Shown here piece after piece: positions 21,907 to 29,031 of a DNA stretch of 64,000 bases (the first letter of the stretch is position 1; every line of letters starts with the position of its first letter). This stretch comes from a virus. Location of the stretch: IMG/VR virus record IMGVR_UViG_3300024319_000005, positions 35,223-99,222 of that record; one strand, 5' to 3'. The notes beneath the pieces were generated by a model that did no database searches, was not told where the DNA came from, and saw nothing but the letters and a program-made list of their open reading frames with translations. Made by a program: the position numbers and the translations under genes.

Positions 21907-22171
21907 TTGATTGAAATTTTAAATGTTGAATTGTATTATCAGAAAAAGTCACTGTTATAGTACCATTTTTCTTATATACTCTACTGTTGCTTCTTGGTGT
22001 AAAACTAGCTGTTATTACATACCCTGTTTCTGTTTTAGGATACTCAGCTACCGTACACCCACATGAAGTCTTTACTGATTTTATTGTTAGAGGTCCTGTA
22101 TAGGTAAATACAACTGGTATTGGACTGCCTGATTGTACATCCCCTAAGTCTTGTATTGTTTTGTCCCACAT
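21884..22171 (-). CDS. DUF1573-like Ig-fold protein
   Basis: LTIKSVKTSCGCT signature. Confidence 0.8.
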   Translation of the reverse strand: MWDKTIQDLGDVQSGSPIPVVFTYTGPLTIKSVKTSCGCTVAEYPKTETGYVITASFTPRSNSRVYKKNGTITVTFSDNTIQHLKFQSNVQTGDN

Positions 22172-22172
22172 A

Positions 22173-22433
22173 TTAATAACATGATTTTTCGTAGGGGTAG
22201 TACTTTCTTTTAGGACATGGTTTAGATGAGAGTAACATCAAGTCTGTGTCGCATCCACATTCTAAACATGGTCCATTTTCAAAGCATTCCTTAGCCCCTG
22301 TCTTTTTTCTTAAATATTCTTTTCTGTTTATTGTCTTACCTGTTATATACCTAAAAGCGTAATGCAAACATCCTTGGATAAAATACAATACGTCTTTAGG
22401 GTTATACCAAGCGTGTTTTAGCTTGTCGTACAT
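22173..22433 (-). CDS. Small Cys-rich, putative Zn-binding protein
   Basis: CFENGPCLECGC...CP. Confidence 0.65.
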   Translation of the reverse strand: MYDKLKHAWYNPKDVLYFIQGCLHYAFRYITGKTINRKEYLRKKTGAKECFENGPCLECGCDTDLMLLSSKPCPKRKYYPYEKSCY

Positions 22434-22981
22434 GTAAATAGTAGTTGTGATAAAGGAACTAAAAAATAACCGTGATGAGGGTTAGTTGAATCTGTCGGCA
22501 TACCTTCAAGCCCTGACTCTGGGTGAATAAAGCTGTTAGTTAGATTTAATGTAGCTTCGTCTGCGTTACCTGAAGGCGTAATCTGTATCATTGCTTTGCC
22601 AATTATAATTTCATCTCCTGCTTTAATATCAATAGCATCTGTTTTTAAGTTAGATACTGCTACTGCTTTTTGACTAAACAACCAAGGATCAGATACTGTA
22701 GTCCATTTGCCATGCCCTGCATGTGTTGGAATCTCTATTAGCCTTAGTGGTGGTACAAAAACTCCATCTCTTTCTTCTGGCTCAGTCTTATAAGCTCTTA
22801 CTAGCAAAGAGTAGTTTACGCTATTTAATCCCTTATACATAGGGTCAATGTTTTTGATGTTGGCATTATATTCCTTAACATCTTGTATATCTTGGGTAGT
22901 AAATACTTGATCATCTACATAATCTCTTTGATCAGCTACTTCCCCTAGATGAAGACCATCTAGCATGTTGTTCTTTTTCAT
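22418..22981 (-). CDS. GroES-like co-chaperonin (extended, 187 aa)
   Basis: SLLVRAYKTEPEERDGVFVP resembles the RVLVK...GGIILP mobile-loop region; KAVAVS...IKAGDEIII resembles VVAVG...VKVGDKVLF. Confidence 0.6.
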   Translation of the reverse strand: MKKNNMLDGLHLGEVADQRDYVDDQVFTTQDIQDVKEYNANIKNIDPMYKGLNSVNYSLLVRAYKTEPEERDGVFVPPLRLIEIPTHAGHGKWTTVSDPWLFSQKAVAVSNLKTDAIDIKAGDEIIIGKAMIQITPSGNADEATLNLTNSFIHPESGLEGMPTDSTNPHHGYFLVPLSQLLFTCTTS

Positions 22982-23153
22982 TGTCTTTAAATTTTAAAAA
23001 TTTTTCTAATTTAATTACGTCAGCTACCCTGTTGGTTAGGTAATATCTGAGCGTTTTGTAAAAGTTACTATATACAACTTCTACTAATTCTTTAGAATAA
23101 CCAGTTTCCTTAGTCACCAAAGTAATAATTGTCTGTTGGTTGGTAAGTTTCAT
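22932..23153 (-). CDS. HU/IHF-like DNA-binding protein (short)
   Basis: IITLVTKETGYSKELVEVVYSNFYKTL...VIKLEKFLKF follows the HU helix-turn-helix and first strands. Confidence 0.7.
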   Translation of the reverse strand: MKLTNQQTIITLVTKETGYSKELVEVVYSNFYKTLRYYLTNRVADVIKLEKFLKFKDNEKEQHARWSSSRGSS

Positions 23154-23361
23154 AATTTTCTAATCTTGTATCTCCGTTCTCTACTATATTTATTACCATA
23201 CCATGGTAAAATTGTATATCCTGAAGAAAGTTTAAACCTAACTCTGTTTTTAAAGCTAAATAGTCATAATGATCCATAACTAATATTGTAGGTATTGCTT
23301 GATGGTCTAATTGATACTCTCTATATAAGTCATCAATTTCATCTCTTATACTTGTATTCAT
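23110..23361 (-). CDS. Hypothetical protein
   Basis: ORF overlapping both neighbours. Confidence 0.6.
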   Translation of the reverse strand: MNTSIRDEIDDLYREYQLDHQAIPTILVMDHYDYLALKTELGLNFLQDIQFYHGMVINIVENGDTRLENYETYQPTDNYYFGD

Positions 23362-23732
23362 TGTTTAATCTTTATTGGTAATGTTAATTTAATTTCTTTT
23401 TTTTGCGCTATTAAATGTACTAAAGGAGAAAATATTCTAGATAAAGTACCATCTTCACCTATGATTTGCTTTTTAATAAGTTGCTTTCTAACATTAGCTA
23501 TATGCTGCTTACTCATATACATTTCTTTACTTATCTCATCTAAAACACCTACTCCCTTACATTTAAACTCCGTACCTTTAGACATTAAATATGCTGTCAT
23601 GTCAAGTTGCTTGTCTGTTAGTATGTTTTGCGTTTCATTTAAAATAAGTAAGTAATACCTGTAAAATTGTAGCTCAGTAGTTTCTTTACTAGCTGTACTA
23701 CTAAGCGTTGGTTGTAATAAGTTTAATTCCAT
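23358..23732 (-). CDS. Winged-HTH DNA-binding protein, first gene of the late arm
   Basis: LTDKQLD...EISKEMYMSKQHIANVRKQLIKKQII. Confidence 0.65.
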   Translation of the reverse strand: MELNLLQPTLSSTASKETTELQFYRYYLLILNETQNILTDKQLDMTAYLMSKGTEFKCKGVGVLDEISKEMYMSKQHIANVRKQLIKKQIIGEDGTLSRIFSPLVHLIAQKKEIKLTLPIKIKQ

Positions 23733-23746
23733 AATCTTTTGTTTTG

Positions 23747-24067
23747 TTAGTTCCTAGGTATACCTATCCCCCTGGAAATTTTGTCTTTCTTGAGAGATAC
23801 TCTCGTAACTCCGTTATTAACCTGTAACTTCTACTCACTGTACGTCACCACTTACGTGGTTACACCCTTGAAGGTACGTCTATATCAACCCTTAGTATTA
23901 TTCCTTCCTAAGTTTTATATACAGGCAATTTTTGTTATTATCGGGGACATTTCAACCATTATGTTTCTCTGTTATCTCAAGAGCATAGTCTATAACCCAA
24001 CGTCTGAACTTGTGCTTTCTATAAGGATAGATGCTATTAACCAAGTTGTAATTAGTAGTTGAACTAA
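23747..24067 (-). ncRNA. Candidate ~320-nt structured leader or ncRNA
   Basis: Three nested long-range helices plus local hairpins between the promoter at 24078 and ATG 23732 (see findings). Confidence 0.5.
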
Positions 24068-24077
24068 TATAACAATG

Positions 24078-24109
24078 CAAATATAAAACGAATATCTGGA
24101 TTATCCTAA
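24078..24109 (-). promoter_or_regulatory. Bacteroidota sigma promoter for the late arm
   Basis: Minus strand TTAG-N20-TATATTTG (-7 exact, -33 with one mismatch). Confidence 0.7.
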
Positions 24110-24318
24110 TTTTTTAGCACTTATTTTTAAAAAACTTTTAATCGAAGGAGAGTACTTATAAATAAGGGGTTGGGTTCATTTGAGGGTAGTGCATTAGAGC
24201 TTAAATATAAATTACATTATTTAAAAAATGGAAATATGGCGTAAAAAGTTGCCTAAAATAAAAAATTTTTTTTTTTAAAAAAATGGATTTGCGTATAGAT
24301 AACCTCCGTCGATGTATA

Positions 24319-24342
24319 CAAACAATTACCCCAAACTAATTA
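24319..24342 (+). promoter_or_regulatory. Conserved 24-nt box, copy 1 (candidate vRNAP early promoter)
   Basis: CAAACAATTACCCCAAACTAATTA, 75 nt upstream of the first plus-strand gene. Confidence 0.55.
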
Positions 24343-24416
24343 TTGACAGAATTGTACCCCCAGGGTACGATTCATAATTTTTATCGAAAGCTTTCTGCTT
24401 TCAAAAATTTCGTACT

Positions 24417-24740
24417 ATGACTTTTAATGATTTGTTAGACACTCTTAACGTTAACTCTCTTTCTTTAACAATGCAGAAAGATTTAGACGGTATTGAGACT
24501 GGGTATGCTACTCAGTGGGATGCTTCTACTCGTACGAGAGTAGTTATGTCTCCTGAAGCCCTTGCAGGTGCTTCAGACCCTTCTGTTAACAACTTCGTTG
24601 TTATTCCTTCTTCATTAGTTTCTAAGGACAAGACTGTCCTTAACAAAGAGACTGGTGCTGAAGAAACTATTAAGGGACAACCTTATGTGAATAACTTCGT
24701 TATTCTCGGTGAGCCAACTATTACGTTTGGCAGACACTAG
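24417..24740 (+). CDS. Hypothetical early protein
   Basis: 107 aa with an A-rich translation start region; followed by a cUUCGg hairpin at 24754-24777. Confidence 0.8.
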   Translation: MTFNDLLDTLNVNSLSLTMQKDLDGIETGYATQWDASTRTRVVMSPEALAGASDPSVNNFVVIPSSLVSKDKTVLNKETGAEETIKGQPYVNNFVILGEPTITFGRH

Positions 24741-24785
24741 ACTTTGATACACTTCCTCTGAGCTTCGGCTCAGGGGATTAAAGCT

Positions 24786-24820
24786 TGACCTGAACATGTC
24801 GCAAACTGTTCTATTTTTTT
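24786..24820 (+). ncRNA. H-type pseudoknot plus U tract
   Basis: TGAC-CT-GAACA-T-GTCG-CAAAC-TGTTC-TATTTTTTT. Confidence 0.6.
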
Positions 24821-24821
24821 G

Positions 24822-24922
24822 TAGTACATTGGAGATAATACATACGACGGTATGAATCCATAGCATAACTGGGGTCGAAAATGATAAGTCAACGATGTAC
24901 TTATTGATGCGCCAATGTACTA
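24822..24922 (+). ncRNA. Candidate ~100-nt structured RNA
   Basis: 11-bp perfect closing stem TAGTACATTGG/CCAATGTACTA with internal hairpins. Confidence 0.5.
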
Positions 24923-25019
24923 TTTTTACCTAACGGTAAAAACTTGTCACTTTTAAAAAGTGTTATGACATCGTAGTTATAATTACGTTACGGTACATTT
25001 ACTAATCTTTAAATAATTC

Positions 25020-25190
25020 ATGATTATGATGCATTTGGATACTGTTATTAAACTAGACAGTTTACAAGACCTTTGGACTATTGACACTAATGCTCAGTTT
25101 GAGACTATGAGTGGTATAGATACTGAGGGTACTTACATAGTCTTTTATAAGATAGGTAAGCAATACTACAGTGTAAGACTAAACTCTTAA
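25020..25190 (+). CDS. Small hypothetical protein (56 aa, not in track)
   Basis: MIMMHLDTVIKLDSLQDLW...YYSVRLNS*; a pseudoknot follows the stop. Confidence 0.6.
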   Translation: MIMMHLDTVIKLDSLQDLWTIDTNAQFETMSGIDTEGTYIVFYKIGKQYYSVRLNS

Positions 25191-25196
25191 TAAGCT

Positions 25197-25231
25197 TGAC
25201 CTGAGTATGTCGCAAAAGACTCAATTTTTTT
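25197..25231 (+). ncRNA. H-type pseudoknot plus U tract (paralog of 24786)
   Basis: TGAC-C-TGAGT-AT-GTCG-CAAAAG-ACTCA-ATTTTTTT; stem 2 covaries with the 24786 copy. Confidence 0.6.
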
Positions 25232-25254
25232 CTTAACCTTTAGAACATTACGTT

Positions 25255-25326
25255 ATGGAATACACAATAGAAGAACTCATTGCAGAGGTACAAGCTTTAA
25301 CTGATTACTTAACTTGGCTAGATTAG
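25255..25326 (+). CDS. Acidic micro-protein (23 aa)
   Basis: MEYTIEELIAEVQALTDYLTWLD*; could form an amphipathic helix. Confidence 0.4.
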   Translation: MEYTIEELIAEVQALTDYLTWLD

Positions 25327-25365
25327 CCAGGTTAAACAGTTGGTTAAATACCTTTAGAAAGAGTC

Positions 25366-25443
25366 ATGATATCGTAGTTTTTGGTTAACATCTTAACCAG
25401 GAATCATGACATCGAAGTTTCCTGACTCCTGACTCCTGACTCC
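25366..25443 (+). repeat. ATGAYATCGWAGTT direct repeats and (CCTGACT)3 tandem
   Basis: Copies at 25366 and 25406 (third at 24965) flank the hairpin TGGTTAA-CATC-TTAACCA; 7-mer x3 at 25421-25441. Confidence 0.7.
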
Positions 25444-25628
25444 TTATTCTTTTACTTGCTAAATTATATAATTATGTTACACCTAAAAATTGTATTCTTT
25501 TTCTATCTTATACTATCTATATGCTGCTTTACTACAATATTCGTAGGAGATTTACCTTATATAAGCCTTACCGCTACAATAGGACTAACCGTAGTCACTG
25601 TTACCGTAGGTCAATGCATCCAACGATG

Positions 25629-25652
25629 CAAACAACCTCCCCAATCTAATTA
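25629..25652 (+). promoter_or_regulatory. Conserved 24-nt box, copy 2
   Basis: CAAACAACCTCCCCAATCTAATTA. Confidence 0.55.
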
Positions 25653-25811
25653 ATGGGGTTCGTCCTTGAATAATTCTACTGGATTTACGTAGAATTTTTA
25701 ATTTTTGTTGGTAAATAGGTTACGTTGGGATTAGTACCAACCATACCTTTTACCCTCTTTTTGACACTTACTTATAATCACATTCCTAATGAATAATTAA
25801 ATTCTTTTAAA

Positions 25812-25970
25812 ATGAAAGACTTTCTATCAATCCTATATTTAGTTATAGCTCTATCAATACTTCTTATTGGTTCTTTAACTATTATACTTATACTTTCAGA
25901 TTATCCAGAGATGATATTTGCTAGTATAGCTGTATATTTTACTTTCAACTATTTAGTAGACAAGGTCTAA
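25812..25970 (+). CDS. Small membrane protein (52 aa, not in track)
   Basis: MKDFLSILYLVIALSILLIGSLTIILILSDYPEMIFASIAVYFTFNYLVDKV*; two hydrophobic segments. Confidence 0.6.
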   Translation: MKDFLSILYLVIALSILLIGSLTIILILSDYPEMIFASIAVYFTFNYLVDKV

Positions 25971-26020
25971 GTTCTAACCTAGTAATAGAACGTAATTATA
26001 ATATCAAAATATATTTTCAA

Positions 26021-26521
26021 ATGAAATACTTTATAACAATACTTACATTATTATCTATTACTAATTTCACTTATTCTCAAGACTATAGTTATGTAGATAA
26101 ACTATCTAACACTAACTATACTGAGTGGAATGGTCAAGTAGGACATACTAGTATAGAAAAACCTGTACGAGCTGTAATAGAATACCAAGGCAATTACAAT
26201 TTTATATTTAACTTAGTATTAAGTTTAGAAACTAAAGACAAAGGGTTTTTTACTTTACCTTTTAAAGCTACACATAGCACTGCTTTTGATGGCGAAAGTG
26301 GAACAGTTATCCTTAAATTAAAGGATTTTGGTAGTCCAGCTTTGTTTATAAAAATACAAATACCAAACAAGCATGGCTTTCAATGTATAGTACATTACTT
26401 ATACATTAAATCTTTTATAAATGATGTACCTCTTAGAATAGTAATAAAAGATCAAAAGATTATAGACATAATAGATACTCTTACTTCTTCAATAAATAAA
26501 CAAGAGTATTATGGTATATAA
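26021..26521 (+). CDS. Secreted hypothetical protein
   Basis: Signal peptide MKYFITILTLLSITNFTYS|Q. Confidence 0.7.
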   Translation: MKYFITILTLLSITNFTYSQDYSYVDKLSNTNYTEWNGQVGHTSIEKPVRAVIEYQGNYNFIFNLVLSLETKDKGFFTLPFKATHSTAFDGESGTVILKLKDFGSPALFIKIQIPNKHGFQCIVHYLYIKSFINDVPLRIVIKDQKIIDIIDTLTSSINKQEYYGI

Positions 26522-26669
26522 AGGATGGCAGATAGAAGAAGATGATTGGTTCAAAGACAATTATGTTGCTTGGGATTTAAATGATTGTGATAATCACAAT
26601 ATACTGCACAGTATTTCTCTAGAATCTATTAAAATAGAAATAGATGAGTACATTGACGATTATAATTAA
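26511..26669 (+). CDS. Small acidic protein (52 aa, not in track)
   Basis: MVYKGWQIEEDDWFKDNYVAWDLNDCD...EIDEYIDDYN*. Confidence 0.6.
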   Translation: MVYKGWQIEEDDWFKDNYVAWDLNDCDNHNILHSISLESIKIEIDEYIDDYN

Positions 26670-26687
26670 TGCCTTGAAATAACAGGC

Positions 26688-26716
26688 GAGTTTGGCAACT
26701 ACTCTAAATAAGTTGC
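26688..26716 (+). ncRNA. H-type pseudoknot
   Basis: GAGT-TTG-GCAACT-ACTC-TAAATA-AGTTGC. Confidence 0.6.
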
Positions 26717-26788
26717 ATTTACCTCAGTACAACATAGCTTAAGTAATCGTTAAGTAATATTGTTGTACTGGGTATTTTAAACAACAGT

Positions 26789-26926
26789 ATAGCGTCTCTT
26801 TTATGAGTGAGGTTAGATAGATAGGTAAGGTAACTATGTTACGTGAGCATGGAGTAGGATTGCAATTAAGCAATAAACTGAAATACGCTTTACTTACTAA
26901 TGAGAGTTCGAGTCTCTTGCGCTATA
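26789..26926 (+). ncRNA. tRNA-like RNA (acceptor stem and T-arm, enlarged core)
   Basis: ATAGCGT/GCGCTAT+A acceptor stem stacked on GAGAG-TTCGAGT-CTCTT T-arm; followed by a T tract. Confidence 0.65.
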
Positions 26927-26967
26927 TTTTTTTATTTCCTAACATCATTATTAAATTTATATAAAAA

Positions 26968-27342
26968 ATGAAACTTATTGACTATATCGTAATACTTTAC
27001 ATTATAATTTTTCTAACTTATGTACCATACAAATCTTACTGTATGTATTTAGATAATTTACCAACTAAGAGTTCTGTAGAATATTCATATACAGAACAAG
27101 CAAAAGTGTACATAGGAAAAGATAAATTAGAGCTTGAAGTTACATATTGTAACGACAATACTGAAATAAACTCTATGAAATCTGAAATAATAGGTGACTA
27201 CGTATTTGTAGGGTCATATGAAGATATGGAATCTATTATTAATTTATGTTTAGAGAACCAACCTATCGATAATACTGTTACATATCTTAGAGATTACTAT
27301 AAAAATATAGTAATAACATCATTAAATAACATTAAAATATAA
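26968..27342 (+). CDS. Hypothetical membrane-anchored protein
   Basis: N-terminal hydrophobic helix. Confidence 0.7.
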   Translation: MKLIDYIVILYIIIFLTYVPYKSYCMYLDNLPTKSSVEYSYTEQAKVYIGKDKLELEVTYCNDNTEINSMKSEIIGDYVFVGSYEDMESIINLCLENQPIDNTVTYLRDYYKNIVITSLNNIKI

Positions 27343-27347
27343 CAAAA

Positions 27348-27896
27348 ATGAGTAAACTATTTAATTTTAAAGCAACAGTATGGGAAACAGTAGTTGTACC
27401 TGAACATTTAGAAGATAAAATTGCAACTTTAATTTCTAATGGTATTATACAATCTAGAGAAGAGCTAGAAAACTATCTAAAATCAGTAGGTGAAACTGCT
27501 GAGGTTTACTTTGAATCTTCATTTAATGATAGTCCGTTACCACCTTCATTTACACAAATGAGTGTAGCGCAAAATAGTGGTGACCCTACAATAGAAGTTC
27601 TTCACGATAATAAAATCATCTGGGATAATACTTTACCACTTACTACAGATAGTTATAAAATATGTATACTTACAAAAACAATTAAAGGATTGTCAGAAGA
27701 AAGTATATATGGTACTGAAGAGCAAGCACTAGAGTCAGCATACAAAGATGTAATGAATCCAGTGTATTTTAGAGCTCCTAATAGCAATGATACTCTATCA
27801 AATTACATAGATGAATACTACGAGTATGTATCTACAACGTTAGACAATCTAACTGATTACAATATATCTGTTAGATACTTAAACATTAACCTTTAA
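27348..27896 (+). CDS. Hypothetical protein
   Basis: ORF with A-rich start context. Confidence 0.7.
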   Translation: MSKLFNFKATVWETVVVPEHLEDKIATLISNGIIQSREELENYLKSVGETAEVYFESSFNDSPLPPSFTQMSVAQNSGDPTIEVLHDNKIIWDNTLPLTTDSYKICILTKTIKGLSEESIYGTEEQALESAYKDVMNPVYFRAPNSNDTLSNYIDEYYEYVSTTLDNLTDYNISVRYLNINL

Positions 27897-27909
27897 AATT
27901 TATATACAA

Positions 27910-28170
27910 ATGGATAGAAATAATTTTCATACTAAGACTGACTTAACTTATGATTGGATAATAAAGTCAAAGATAGCTACTGAGCAAGAAATTAGATTAG
28001 TTACTTCTATAATAGGTTATAATTTAGATTCTTTAAATGATATTATATTTGCTAGAACAGCTTATAAAGATATGACACAACATCCAGCAGGAGAAATACA
28101 GTCTGTAACAGAAGATCAAATATCTTCTCTATCTGAACCTATTAATAACATAGAATTTATAGCATGGTAA
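27910..28170 (+). CDS. Hypothetical protein
   Basis: ORF overlapping the kinase start. Confidence 0.7.
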   Translation: MDRNNFHTKTDLTYDWIIKSKIATEQEIRLVTSIIGYNLDSLNDIIFARTAYKDMTQHPAGEIQSVTEDQISSLSEPINNIEFIAW

Positions 28171-28769
28171 ATATAAAACACAATCTTATCGGAATCTCTG
28201 GCAAAATCAGCTCAGGAAAAGATTTAGCAGGTAAGATATTAAACGATCTTTCAGGAAATATTTTTGAAAACAAAAAATTTGCAGATAAACTTAAAGATAT
28301 AGTTTGCTTACTTATTGGATGTACTAGAGAGCAATTAGAAGATAGAGAGTTTAAAGAAAAAGAACTCGGTGAAGAGTGGAGGCAATATTTTAATGACGAT
28401 TATGATTTAGTTTATGAAAAAGAAAGCACATTTTCTTCATTATTAACACCTCGTAAACTTCTACAACTTTTAGGTACTGAATGTGGTAGACAAATTATCC
28501 ATCCTAACATTTGGGTAAATGCTTTGTTTGCTGATTATACTCCTTTAACATCTTGGCTAGTAACAGATGTTAGATTCCCTAACGAATGCCAAGCTATTAA
28601 AAATAGAGGTGGTATTGTTATAAAAATAAATAGAGACTTTGATGTAGTAGACAACCATTCATCGGAAACAGCTCTAGACAATTACAATGGATTTGATTTT
28701 GTTGTAGATAACAATGGAAGTATAGATGACCTTACTAATAACTTAATAAAAATAATTAACAATGATTAA
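28164..28769 (+). CDS. Deoxynucleoside monophosphate kinase
   Basis: IGISGKISSGKD, FADKLK, PRKLLQLLGTECGR, TDVRFPNE, HSSE. Confidence 0.92.
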   Translation: MVNIKHNLIGISGKISSGKDLAGKILNDLSGNIFENKKFADKLKDIVCLLIGCTREQLEDREFKEKELGEEWRQYFNDDYDLVYEKESTFSSLLTPRKLLQLLGTECGRQIIHPNIWVNALFADYTPLTSWLVTDVRFPNECQAIKNRGGIVIKINRDFDVVDNHSSETALDNYNGFDFVVDNNGSIDDLTNNLIKIINND

Positions 28770-29031
28770 TTTCAAAAAGTATGATGTAGAAAATCCACAA
28801 GTGTGGTCACAGTTCAAAAGATTTGCATTTGAAGCTAAAGAAAAAGGCTTTAATAATTACTCTGCAAAAGGTATATTTGAATTGATTAGATGGCATACAG
28901 GAGTAAAAGGTACAGGTAATTATAAGTTATGTAATAACTATACACCTGATTATGCTAGAAAGATGATGAGAGAACACCCTGAGTTTGAGGGTTTCTTTAG
29001 GGTTAAACAACTTAAAGCTAAAAGATCGTGA
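28762..29031 (+). CDS. Conserved phage hypothetical protein
   Basis: YSAKGIFELIRW...LCNNYTPDYAR pattern. Confidence 0.7.
   Translation: MINFKKYDVENPQVWSQFKRFAFEAKEKGFNNYSAKGIFELIRWHTGVKGTGNYKLCNNYTPDYARKMMREHPEFEGFFRVKQLKAKRS

Noticed and set aside
1003-23655. Plus-strand ORFs inside the late arm (e.g. 1882..2553, 5542..5949, 8185..8493)
   Set aside because: Antisense shadows of long minus-strand genes with no recognisable motifs.
23781-24062. 93-aa plus-strand ORF
   Set aside because: TTG start, antisense to a promoter-driven structured leader, no A-rich start context.
24781-25443. Possible mini-CRISPR array
   Set aside because: Repeats are few, irregularly spaced and not separated by uniform spacers; no cas genes seen.
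25456-25653. 65-aa ORF whose end resembles that of 30040..30273
   Set aside because: TTG starts in poor context; the shared ending comes from the conserved DNA box, read in different frames.
26789-26926. Canonical tRNA or full tmRNA call
   Set aside because: No 7-nt anticodon loop on a 5-bp stem in the right place, no G3:U70, and too short for tmRNA; kept as tRNA-like only.
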